Below are positions 51,888-64,000 of a stretch of 64,000 bases of DNA, piece after piece. The stretch covers positions 52,158,461-52,222,460 of the forward strand of contig JARDVH010000073.1 of assembly GCA_030324005.1 (NCBI GenBank), in the 5' to 3' direction. The notes under the pieces were generated by a model. It was not told the origin of the DNA and did no database searches. It saw only the letters and a list, made by a program, of their open reading frames with translations. Within the stretch, counting starts at the first letter, position 1, and the number at the start of each line of letters is the position of its first letter. The DNA comes from Negaprion brevirostris (Eukaryota). Made by a program: the position numbers and the translations under genes.

Positions 51888-54800
51888 CTGGGACACAATT
51901 AATTTACATTGTTTCAACCAGTACTTGTACAAAATTAAGCAAACACATAATATTATCAGGATTCATCTAGTGTTCAACAAATCATCAGAGTCAGTTGTAA
52001 AGAACAGTGGAAAGTAGAAGTGCCAGAATCAGGTAGGTCTTATTGTGACATTTTGTGTCCATTAAATTGGAATAAAGGAGACTGCAAGCACATTAAAATG
52101 TACTTAGCAATGAATGATACTAAGAACTATCCAAAAGAATAAGATACAATTCTGAATCAATCCCAAATAAATCCGAACGAGTGACAATTGCAATTTCATC
52201 ATAGACCACACTGTGGGTGGATATAAACACAAAGCTGCAAGACAAATCTATTCATATTCCCAGCTGTATTCCATCTGAAATGCTGAATCCCAATCTTTAA
52301 CGACCTATCTGAGACATATTCAGCAGCCGAACCCATCGCCTGAGGCAGCAACAGCAAGGTGAACCTTATTATGCTCTGCATTCAATCAAGGATTGAGAAT
52401 TTATGTAACCAAATTATAAGGGCACCAGCCTCCTGATGATTGAGAGACAATGTTCAGCCAATTAGCTCACTCCCCACCCAAATCCAAATCTCACCACTGG
52501 ATTAGGGCAACAGTAAGTGGGCCAGNNNNNNNNNNAGTGCCACTTCCACTTCAGGCTAAATTACCCCAGACAAGTACTGAATGCACAGAATTGTAACCTG
52601 ACCCTTTGATAAATCTTACACTTGCTGATCATAAAGCATGGGGAAACTGAGGAGTGTGGCTCTGTGACACAGGGAGGATTGAAACTGTGTGGCAATGTAT
52701 TACTAGAGATTTCATTACATGACTTGCCCTATGCTCTGAAATGAATTATAATCCTAGCATCTTTTTGGGGCTAATTTGGATCAGGATTCTCAGATGATCA
52801 CCCTCAATTCAGGTCAAGAAAGACAGTCCTCACAGGCACTTAAGTGTGTCTGAAGAACTGATCTAACTCTCCCCACAGGAAAGGAATTGCCAGAGAATAT
52901 TACTGTCCTCCGCATAGCTTCTTAAACAACTTTTAGCTAGATTATAATAACCAGGATATTGTATGGGTTGAAACATCTCTTATCAGCAATGTACCTATCC
53001 ACTGATGAGTGTACTGAAATAGGTTTTCAAATCTGGATACAGAAGACTGTCTGAGACAATATATTTTTGAAATGATTCAGGAGTTTATTAAAGAACTGGA
53101 CGTGCATTTCATTTTTGATAGCAATTTAATTGCAACATTTAATATTTCTGGGAAAGATAACAATGTTGCTTCTATTAGAGAATCCAGCTCTTTTTAATGT
53201 CAGAAAGAGATAGTTAAGATATCCATCAATATTCAAAGTAGCATCCACATTAAACCCCTGAGCAGAATGCTACCAAGTCTCACAAGATACTTCTATCCCA
53301 ATTAAGGGGAAAACTATTATCATTACACTATAGCATATCTTTGCCTTGTGACTCGCTGGAGTGAATTCAACAAATCTAAAAATCCTACTGTGTAGTTCAA
53401 TATTCATACACTAAAAGAGCTAAACCAGCAAGAAACATGTTGAGCACAAATGCTGAACAACCTCATTTATTTTTGTCAACATCTTGTTGGAGTTTCAAAA
53501 TTAGTGTGATATCAATTTGTAACCTGAATCAATATGTCACTTTGTATAATAAACTAACATGGCCAGATACCATTTTGAACTATTACATTTTAAATACTAA
53601 ACAAATTACTGCATTATTGGAAACTAGACAGATTAGTCAAATAAAGAGTCTTTATTGTGAGACAATTAAAGAAAAGCAATGAATCAATAGAGCAGTAGTA
53701 AGGTTAGTAATATAACCTGTCACACAAAATTTGTAATGTTTCATGTCTTATAATTACACGTAATTGACACTTAATTTGAAATACACTGACCATAAATCAC
53801 GATAATTGTAAAATGATGTCTAACAAGTCAGTCTTGGAAGAAAGTCTTGAAGACCTTTGAAACATTAAATCCTTGACAAGCTACATTCAATCAGGTAACG
53901 AATAATACTTTATTCAAACTGCCTCATTTTATTTTAGTGAGCCTTTGTATTAAAACAGCAGGAAATTACAAATCAGTTGAGAGAGGACCTGGTGGCATAG
54001 TGGTAATATCAGTGGATAAGTAATCCAGAGACTAATTCTTAGGAACATAAGTTCAAATCCCACTATGACTGCTGGTGGAAAGACTTAGTGAGTGTTAGAT
54101 CAACCATGACCTTATTGAGCGGGCTGAATGGCCTATCTCTATTTCTTATGGTTATATGTTAACCAATTATTGTTTGACACTTAAGCTACATTTCTTTTCT
54201 TGAGTTAGCCTAACAGAAGCCATTTCCTTAAAGTTGAGGCCACTGCATAATTAGATAAAACCAATGAAGTTAGATCTTTTCTCATCATTGATGGATTATG
54301 GATCAATTAACTATTTCCAACATTATCTTTCAGGTACAAAATAAAGATTTCAAGAAGCCATTTTTGTTTGCATGTCATCCATGTTTTGGGATTATTGTTT
54401 CAAATTTTTGGCCTGATCAACCCAGGGAAGTTGTGAGAAGGTTATTCAATTGTTAAAGTTAAGTTTGCTCCTTTCACTGTTAATTTATATTTTCATAGAA
54501 CCATAGAACTCTACAGTGCAAAAAGAGGCCCTACGGCACATCGAGTCTGCACCGAATTTTGCTGCTTATCTTTCTGATTTGTTATCTTTCTACCTTTTAA
54601 TGAGTAATAGATTTCTGAATTTAGCATTTGAAGTGTTCATCCTTGTTGGATTAGAGAACAGAATTTGATTTACAACTGGGAATTTATTGCAAATAACCTG
54701 TACACCATAAATCCAGTCAGAAGTTGCAGCTTGTGATCACTTCATTGCAACAGTCAGTTTCTAGGACTCAATTAACAAGTTATTTCAGAACATCCTTATG

Positions 54801-57789
54801 CTTATCCGTTGTTAGATTGTAGTATCTTACAAATTACCAGTGCTTTGCCGAGTTGGTGTAAAAGCAAGTTCCTGTTTTTTTTTCAGAATTGCCTTGTGTT
54901 AGAGGATATGCCAGAGGATATTATTGTCCTTGAGCACACAATTATGCCCCTGCGTGTTTATAAACTTTTAAACCTTTGTCCAGCAGATTAACTTTGCTTT
55001 TAATTTTTAGTCCCTACTTCAGAGGAGAATTGTTCCTTTAATCATATAACTCCTTATTTATGGCTAGATTCTTTTATGGCTTCATATTTATAGCTGCATT
55101 CCTTCACAGGTCCAGCCATCATTGTGACACATTGCCTCCCTGCACTAACTGAAAAGTAAAAAAAAAGATTCATTACCCAAATGGATGATACTTGACTGTC
55201 AACCAAACAGCCCCTTTCCCCCAGTGTTCACTTTTTTATGTCTGATAAAGAGAAATGTTTAAATTAAATTGCAAAAGAATTCTAACTTTTTAAAATCTCC
55301 CTGTTTAATTTTTCTCCAGAGCTGCACTATCCTAGAAATTGGTCTTCAATTCCTTAGGTCTCCAGGCCAGTCTTGAAGGCTTGTCACCCTAGACAGAGGA
55401 AAAGGACCTGTACAAGTATATTCTAACTCTGAGAAAGTGTTGGAGCCTGATGAAATGCAGCAAAGTGATTCACTATATTATAACTAAGTACAATATACAA
55501 TATAATTCAGATAATGTTTAATTAACTATCTCTGGCGGATTCAGTTAAAATGAACCAAATAGAGAAACTAACATTGAAGGGTTTTGAATTTTCAATTAAT
55601 ATCTGACACATATAAGTAAGTGTCAAATAACGAATAAACAAAAGAAGCTGATTGATGGAAACAAGGAGCGTAAAACATTTAAAAAACAGCCCCTAATATT
55701 AGTTTAATTTTATTTAAACAATTAGATTAATACATATAGCATGATTAGACAGGGATGGCAGTACAGGTGGTGTTCCACTGCAGCATTATGGGAGGTTGTG
55801 GGGAGCATTGTGATCTCTGATGCAGTATGTGCCTGCTCCTTGAGTAGAGAAGATAACCAATAGCCCAGGTCACTGACTAGCTTATTTGACCTTGTGAAAC
55901 AGCATACTTGACATTGTGAGGGTGGGGCAGGGCGGGGCAAATTGACATAATTTCTTGCAGCAGTTCAAGAAAGCAGCTCACCACCACCTTCTCAAGGGCA
56001 ATTAGGGGTGGGCAATAAATGCTGGCCAGCCAACGACACCCATGTCCCACGAATGAATAAAAAAAAGGCCAAACAAGCCACATGTTTCAAGGGCAATTAG
56101 GGATGGGCAATAAATGCTGGCCAGCCAGTGATGCCCCCAGATGAATAAAAAATAAATTCCTGCTCTCTTCAGGCCGAAATCTTGATCTCTGCCCTCTCCC
56201 GCCCCTGGAATGCCAGCGGATCTGTGTCTGTTTCTGTAGCGGGTCAGTCTTAAGGGTAGAGATCGGATGGGAATACAAATACTGTAAATCCTGAAGGAAT
56301 ATATCACCTTTGTCTGCCAGCCATAAAGCCTCCATTGGGAACTGCAGAATTTTGTGCGTGGAAAATTAAAGACATTTACAGGTCCCGGTTGACAGTAAAT
56401 TGAAGCGATCGCAACAATGCTCAGCGGCAGTGGGAAAAGCAAATCAAAAAGTTAGGTTGTATTAGAAGTTAAACATTGAGCCAAAATAGTGAGGTAATCC
56501 TGCTACTGTATAAATCATTGGTGTGATGACACTGAGAATATTGTGTACAGTTCTCGCCAACCTCAGTACAGAAAGGATTTACATCTATTGGAAGAATCTG
56601 CGATAATGCAGCCAGGATGATTTAGGGGATGAAGTGTTTGGATTATGAGAGACGAACATGCAAATAGGTTTCCAGTGGGAAAGTAAAGTTTTTCAAGTTC
56701 GAAAGGAATGAGAGGATGTCCAGCTACAAGAAACTATTTTGCCTTAGCCAAGTAGTGCCAGAGGACACGCTGAATTAACTCTGTCAGGAGGATTAACAGG
56801 AAAAATGAGAGGTGTGACGGGAATAGATGTGAGATGTGGTTGGCGCAGACTTGATGGGCCGAATGGCCACCTTCTGCACTGTAGGCATTCTATGATTGAC
56901 ATGACCCGTGTTTGAAGAAGGTGGTGGGGGGGGTGAATGAATCACTTATTTGCAGCATATTTTGGTGGATAAAGCAATCTCTGGATCAGTGTTCCCTGGG
57001 TGACGGTTTGAGCAGTCATCACTGATTCAGTTAGATGCAAGTTAGATTTCTTTCAGAGAGTCACATCTTGGGCTGCAGCAAGTGAGCAACTTGAGGCGGA
57101 CAGGATTTTTTGGATGGAGGGGGTTGCCTGCCTTGTCACCCCAAATGAGGGTGGGGAACGCATCCCCGTCAATCACAGTCCCCTCGAAGCCATTTAACAA
57201 TCTGAGGAGCATCAGCTGGCTGGAGGAGGGACTTGCCCCATCTCCTCATTCGGATGGAAGTCCTGCCTCATTGCTGCCAGTCAATCTTTAATCTTATAGT
57301 GCCACTTAGAGCAGTGACCAGGACTGGGACTGCAAGCAGTTCCCAGATTCTAAGATCCCAGCCTTACTCCTGAAACGTTGGTTCCAATTTGTAGACCATC
57401 TAACTCTGGTCTCCTCAACTACTGGAAATAATTCCTCTTCATGTACCCTTGTTTTGCTCCACTATATAACGCGAAAACTTCATGTTATCCCTTGGGATGT
57501 GTCATAGATCACGCAGGGAGTCTGTGCTGCTGTGGCAACATGCTTGTTGTAGTTTGGAGCTATGGATGGTGATGGTGGAAGCTCCAATTTGTTTACATCA
57601 CATAACTGACCTGGGGTCGTTCCCGCTCTTCCCACCTGCCATTTGTATTGGAAGGATCTATAGGTTGATACTCGGTCTGTTTGGCCACATTATGAGTGCA
57701 CTTTCCTTGGCCATCAGGTCCTGAGGTGGGGCTCAAACTTGAAACTCTTAGCAGGGACACAGGAACGCCACCCGCTGCACAATAAACAA

Positions 57790-58420
57790 AGAATCATAGA
57801 AACTAGGAGCAAGAGTAGACCATTCAGCCCTTCAAGCCTGCTCCACCATTCATTTTTATCTTGTCTGATCATCAATATCCAGCTCCCCCCTTCACCCCTT
57901 ATCCATGATCCCTTTAGCCACAAGAGCAATATCTAATTTTGTCTTGAAATCAGACAATAAGGCTTCCAAACTGCCCCCCTAACATTCTGAATTCCAGAAA
58001 GTAGAACCTTAGTTATTGCAATCTGTCCATGTAATTTAACCCTTGGATTCCAGGTATCACTCTGGTAAATATACAGTGCATCCCCTCCAAAGGCCAATCC
58101 ATCCTTAACAATGCGTGCGTCCAGAACTCTTCACAGTACTCCAGTTGTAGTCTAACCAGGGCTTTGTGTGGTTGAAGTATGATTTCTCGCCCCAATATTA
58201 AGGCTAGCTTTCCACAAGCCTTTTTGTTTATTTTCAGCTCCTATTTTAATAATCCATGTACCTGGAACACCAGCCTCTTACGGCCTCCTCTATGCAGATC
58301 CTTTTAGCATTTAGAAAGTACCCTGTTCAATCCTGTTTATGTCCAAAGTGAATGACTTCACACTTTTATTGGCTTTGAAATGCATTTGCCACAATTTTTG
58401 TCAATCTATTAACCGATTAA
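57790..58420 (-). mobile_element. CR1 LINE 3' fragment
   Basis: KALVRLQLEYCEEFW; CR1 tail at 57790-57860. Confidence 0.8.
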
Positions 58421-58439
58421 TATTCCTTCTTCTCGTTTC

Positions 58440-58965
58440 TATGTGGAAAAGTGTGAGGTTACACACTTTGGAAGGTGGAATAGAGGCACAGACGAATTTC
58501 TAAATGAGGAAATGCTTGGAAAATCGGAAGCATGAAAGGACTTGGGAGTCATTGTTCAAGATTTTCTTAAGTTAATGTGTAGGCTCAGTCGGCAGTTAGG
58601 AAGGCAAATATAATGTTAGCATTCATGTCAAGAGGGCTGGAATACAAGAGCAGGGATGTACTTCTGAGGATCTTTAAGGCTCTGGTCAGGTACCATTTGG
58701 AGTATTGTGAGCAGTTTTGGGCCCCTTGCCTTAGGAAGGATGTGCTGACCTTGGAAAGGGTCCATTGGAGGTTCACAAGAATGATCCCTGGAATGAAGAA
58801 CTTGTCTTGTGAGGGACGGTTGCGAATTCTGGGTATGTACTCGTTGGAGTTTAGAAGGATGAAGGGGGATCTCATTGAAACTTATAAGACACTGAGAGGC
58901 CTAGATAGAATGGACATGGAATGGATGTTTCCACTAGTAGGAAAAACTAGAACCAGAGGGCAACC
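58440..58965 (+). mobile_element. CR1 LINE ORF2 3' fragment
   Basis: ORF 58613..59074 reads MLAFMSRGLEYKSRDVLLRIFKALVRYHLEYCEQFWAP...RRMKGDLIETYK. Confidence 0.9.
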
Positions 58966-59820
58966 NNNNNNNNNNNNNNNNNNNNNNNNNNNNNNNNNNN
59001 NNNNNNNNNNNNNNNNNNNNNNNNNNNNNNNNNNNNNNNNNNNNNNNNNNNNNNNNNNNNNNNNNGGCCTCTGAGGCGACACCCACATCCAGTAAATAAA
59101 TTTTAAAAATATGAAAGTACTGGAGCATTCAAGGACTAGCAGCAGAGCAGTAAGAAATTGAGTTGCAGTTCAAATAAACAAACCTTATTAATAACAAATC
59201 TTTGGCTGAGTGATTAATTTATGCTCTTGTAATTCACGGATCAAAAGGAACCACAAGTCTGGATATAAAGACTTATAGAACTGGACATGAAACTGTTACC
59301 TGGTACATTTAATTGACTGGAGGGTATAGATATTAACATGGGAACATTATATCTAGTGCTCTAGTATAATGTGAGCATGTCTACGTGTTTGGAATATTGG
59401 GATAACTCTGTGGTACAAGAATGATATAGACTGTATTCCGGTATATCTTTCATGTAAGATTTCAGGGCGAGGGTATGGTATTTAAACTTTGCTTATTTTT
59501 GTATTTAATCTGAGCCAACAATGAAAGATTGTTTCGGAAGAAGTCTGTTTTAAATGTAATTGTTTTTTTCCCCCTGGATTTGATTTTCCTGATGTCAGTG
59601 GTACATACGTGTGGAAGCATTATTTTGCTTCAAGCACATTTCAAACTCAATGCCCATACAACACAGGCCAGGTTAAGCAAAGCTTGTGTCACAGTGACCA
59701 GGATAACTAGGAAAGGGCTTGCATTAATGTGCATTATCTCAAAGTGGTTCATAATCAATTTGTTTTTGAATTTCTTTCATTGACTTTATGTGGACAATTA
59801 CAGAAAGCAATTCGACAGAA

Positions 59821-60270
59821 GGCGGCACAATGGCACAGTGGTTCGCACTGCTCCCTTACAGGGCCAGGGACTCGGGATCAACTCCAGCCGCGGCTGACTG
59901 TCTTAGGGAGTTTGCCCATTCTCCCAGTGACCATGTGGGTTTCCTCNNNNNNNNNNNNNNNNNNNNNNNNNNNNNNNNNNNNNNNNNNNNNNNNNNNNNN
60001 NNNNNNNNNNNNNNNNNNNNNNNNNNNNNNNNNNNNNNNNNNNNNNNNNNNNNNNNNNNNNNNNNNNNNNNNNNNNNNNNNNNNNNNNNNNNNNNNNNNN
60101 NNNNNNNNNNNNNNNNNNNNNNNNNNNNNNNNNNNNNNNNNNNNNNNNNNNNNNNNNNNNNNNNNNNNNNNNNNNNNNNNNNNNNNNNTGGGGACAGAAC
60201 GTGGGTGGGATTGTTGTCAGTGCAGGATCAAAGGGCCAAATGGCCTCCTCCTTCACTGTAGGGATTCTAT
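59821..60270 (+). mobile_element. HE1-like SINE (gap inside)
   Basis: Head ggcggcacaatggcacagtggtt; tail ...cactgtagggattctatg. Confidence 0.8.
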
Positions 60271-60782
60271 GCCACAGCAGTGCCCCACTGACTTAAAGTG
60301 AGAGAACTGAAAGGCTATTGGTGCTAAAGAATGTAGGTCTTCTTCATTGAAGACACAAGATCTTAATGTCAACATCAGGTCTCATCTGAGCCACAGCACC
60401 ATTCCCAAATACTGCACTGTTGCATAGGAGCATAAGCTTCGTTTCCAAATTCTGGAGTGGGGATTTTCAGGACTGAAATGTTACAATGCAGTAGGCGGCT
60501 ATTTGTCCCACTGTGTCTGCACCAGCTGTCCAAAGGAGCATCATGATTTAGCACCATTCCCTTACCTTTTCCCCAAACCCCTGAGCTGACTAAAGTGCAT
60601 GTGGACCCCAATGGTAATCCATGATAATTATTAGTTCAAAAGCTGATAAATTGTTTTATTCCAATTTGTAACGCTGTACAAGAGGACATTATGGATTGAT
60701 TACTGCTTTAATCAGCCAGTAATAATTCCTGGCTCCCCAATAGTTGCATCACTCTGCTCAGGAGGCAAGCCAGGAAGCAAAT

Positions 60783-61036
60783 GGGTGGTACAGTGGTTAG
60801 TACTGCTGCCCCACAGCACCAGGGACCCAGGTTCAACTCCCAGTTTGGGTCACTGTTGGTATGGAGTCTGCACATTCTCCCCATGTCTGCAGGAGTTTCC
60901 TTCAGGTGCTCTGGTTTTTTTCCCACTGTCTTACAGATGTGCTGGCAAGGTACATTTGCCCGAACAGGCGCCGGAGTGTGGCGACTCGGGGAATTTCACA
61001 GTAACTCCATTGCAGCGTAAGCCTTACTTGCGACTA
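60783..61036 (+). mobile_element. HE1-like SINE subfamily
   Basis: Head gggtggtacagtggttagtactgctgccccacagcaccagggacccaggttcaactcc. Confidence 0.8.
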
Positions 61037-62239
61037 TTCCAGATTTAGGAAAGTAATACACTTCCTTGCAATGGAGGCACAAGGAGGAACCTTTTCAAGC
61101 AGCAAGTGTTTATGATATGGAATGCACTGCTTGGGAATTGGATTATTATCTGAAAAGCAAGGATGTGTCAGGGAAATGGCACACAGTGCACTGCTCATTC
61201 TGAGATACGATAGCAGAATGGTCTCCTTTTGCTTTCCAGAGTCGAGATGTATGGATACGATAAATTGCGTGTCCATGCTTCACCCTGTAGCAGATATGCA
61301 GAAAGACTGAAGCACTTGGCAAACAATCGCCTGGACAAGTGTAAGTCGAAATAGAATATCACTCAGAAACTACAGACTGGGTTTAGAAACATGATCCTCT
61401 GAGACAAAATGCATCATTAATACCAGGTAGGATTTTTAAAATATAGAATGTTATATAAAACAACTCCAGGCTGTATAAGGCTCAGATTTGTTAAGAGGTT
61501 AAATAAACCACTAAGGAGTTAAACCAACTGTCAATCTGCATACATTTGTGTTTGATTAAAAACTCTTTTTTTGCAAATCTCTTGATTTTTAAGATATGAC
61601 TATTTATTGGGATGTAATTTGACAACTTCTTTCCCAGTTCTCCAAGCCCTTTATGAGATTACCCATCACCCATGCATGTACCTACCTTGTTCTGAGGCTT
61701 CCACCAACCTAAACTCTGTCTTAACTCCACAGGACAGAATCCCAACTTGCAAGCTCTAAGCATCTTGCCAATACCCAACCCCCCTCAAGGCTGATCAGGT
61801 CAGCTACAATCCAGGCCTTCACGTCAAAACATCTTAAGCAGCAGCAGAAGGCAGCCTGAGATATGCGCTTAGTCATGAATAAGCTGTACAGCTGGCATAC
61901 CTCTGACAAATTGCAGGGTGGAGGCATTTAAACATTAATGAATCTGTATCATTTGTCATCAGACTAGACTCCAAATGTCACAAAACATAATCACTGAGTT
62001 CTTAGGCCTAAGTATCTTAGAATTACAATGGTTCCAGGGATGTTTGATTATGTTAAAGACACGGTATTGCTGTTGTTTTCAGCCTTGTATTCTGCTGTTG
62101 TGACAAGGTAGTTTATTATCCTGTTGGCTCTTGTTGCCTTTGATGCTTTTAACATCTCAATTACAGAATGTTATACTCTCAGTGATGTTGCATGTTGAAA
62201 GCATTACAAAAGGAAATCAAGGCAAATCCTAACCAAACA

Positions 62240-63630
62240 GCTTGACTAATCTTCCCAATGCTTGGTAGAAAGGGCTAAAGGCACTGGATACTGAAAAGAC
62301 TATGGACCCTGACAATATTCCAGCAGTTAGACTGATTGACCATGTTAAATTGACCCTTAGTGTCAGAGGAACTAGTAGGGTAAATACATGGGGGTTACAG
62401 GTGTAGCAACTAGCTGGGATTGTTGTCAGTGCAGGTTCAATGGGCCAAATGGCTTCCTCCTGCATTGTAGGGATTCAGATATTCCAGAGATGAGGTGAGA
62501 TTGACATCAAGGCAGCATTTGGCCAAGTATGGCATCAAGGAGCTCTAGCAAAACTGAAGTCAGTGAGAATCCGGGGAAAACTCTCCACNNNNNNNNNNNN
62601 NNNNNNNNNNNNNNNNNNNNNNNNNNNNNNNNNNNNNNNNNNNNNNNNNNNCTAGGAAATCACTGCAGGTGCTTCTCAGGGTAGTGTTCAAGGCCCAACT
62701 ATCTTCAGCTGCGACATTAATGACCTTCCTTCCATCATAAGATCAGAAGTGGGGATGTTCGCTGATGGCTGCACAATGTTCAGCACCATTTGCAATTCCT
62801 CAGATACTGAAGCAATATCTAATGTCGGAATACAGCAAGACCTGGGCAACATTCAGGCTGGAGCTGAGAAGTGCAAGTAACATGCGTGCCACACAAGTGT
62901 ATGACAATAACCATCTCCAGAAAAAGAGAACCTAGCCATCACCCCATGACATTCAATGGCATTACTATCATTGAATTCCCTTCCTAATCAATACCCTGGG
63001 GCTACCATTGACCAGAAACTGGACTAGCCATAGAAATACTATAATTACCAGAGCAGGTCAGAAACTAGGAATCCTGCAGCTATTACCTCACCTGACTCCT
63101 CAAGGTGTGTCCACCATCTACAAGGCACAAGTCAGCAGTGTAATGGAATATTCTCCCCTTGCCTGGATGAATACAGGTCTAGTAACACTCAAGATCTAAT
63201 AACACTCAACACCATCCAGGACAAAGCAGCCTGCTTGATTGGTACCCCTTCTGTAAACATTAAATCCCTCCACCACTGATGAACAGTGGCAGCCATGTAT
63301 ATCATCTACAAGATGCACTGCAGCAACTCACCAAGATTCCTAAGGCAGCCCCTACTAAACCCATAGCCACTATCATCTAGAAGGACAAGGATAGCTGATG
63401 CCTGGGAACACTACACCTGGAGGGTGCACTCCAAGTCACTCTCAATTCTGACTTAGAAACATATCACTCTTCCTTCATTGTCCTCCCTAACAGTATTGAG
63501 GATATACCTACGCCCTGGGAACTGAAGCAGTTCAAGAAGACAACTTACCACCACCTCGTCAAAGACAACTTGGGATGGGCAATAATTGCTGGCTTAGCCA
63601 GCAATACCTACATCCAGTAACTGAGTAAAA
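62240..63630 (+). mobile_element. L2 LINE 3' fragment with a nested SINE piece (~62330-62475)
   Basis: L2 RT motifs (QGPTIFSCDINDLPSIIRSEVGMFAD; IYKAQVSSVMEYSPLAW) and L2 tail gggatgggcaataattgctggc. Confidence 0.85.
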
Positions 63631-63794
63631 AAGGACAACATCTGTGCTGAGTATTTCCAATGTTTTCTGTTTATATTTCAGGTTAGAAAAGAGGGAGAGT
63701 TAACTCTTCACAGCAAAATAACCTTTCATCAGAACTTTCAGCCCTAAATAAAGTGATTTTGTTCCATTGACATTCAATTTGAAGGGCTTTGGAG

Positions 63795-64000
63795 GCAGTG
63801 GTGTCGTGGTAATGTCATTGGACAGAAATCAGGGTAATGCTGTCAGGACCCGGGTTCAAATCTAGATCGTAAAATTTGAATACAATAAGAGCTAGAATTG
63901 AAAATCTAATGATGATAATGAAACCATTGTCAATTGTCATAAAAGCCCATCTGGTTCATTCATGTCCTTTAGGGAAGGGAATCTGCTGTCCTTACCTGGT
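63795..64000 (+). mobile_element. tRNA-derived SINE with L2-type tail (truncated by window end)
   Basis: Same family as 15650-16000. Confidence 0.7.

Noticed and set aside
52199-52381. Minus-strand ORF with a signal-peptide-like start (MQSIIRFTLLLLPQAMG) just upstream of the SEA-like exon
   Set aside because: No convincing splice donor in a compatible phase and no recognisable homology.
55985-56157. Two tandem gggcaataaatgctggccagcc units resembling a repeat-spacer array
   Set aside because: These are two adjacent L2/SINE 3' tails. Only two diverged units are present in a vertebrate context, so this is not CRISPR.

Overview
This is eukaryotic, AT-rich, gap-containing genomic DNA. Its repeat complement (CR1/HER1-type LINEs, L2, Rex1/Babar, Penelope, HE1-like and Deu-domain SINEs) points to an elasmobranch (shark) genome. 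Most of the window is intronic or intergenic retroelement debris, and most ORF-track entries are repeat fragments or noise. The best-supported coding feature is absent from the ORF track: the terminal TM7 (NPxxY) exon of a vasopressin/oxytocin-family GPCR, most V2-like, at 11957-12111 (+). Its C-tail looks frameshifted. On the minus strand there is a clean 315-nt phase-1/phase-1 exon (51573-51887) encoding a SEA-like module, plus several weaker candidate exons of an unidentified convergent gene. Penelope-like elements carry minimal hammerhead-ribozyme cores. No prokaryotic features (CRISPR, operons, rRNA) are present. Repeat boundaries are approximate and family names come from motif recognition, not a database search.
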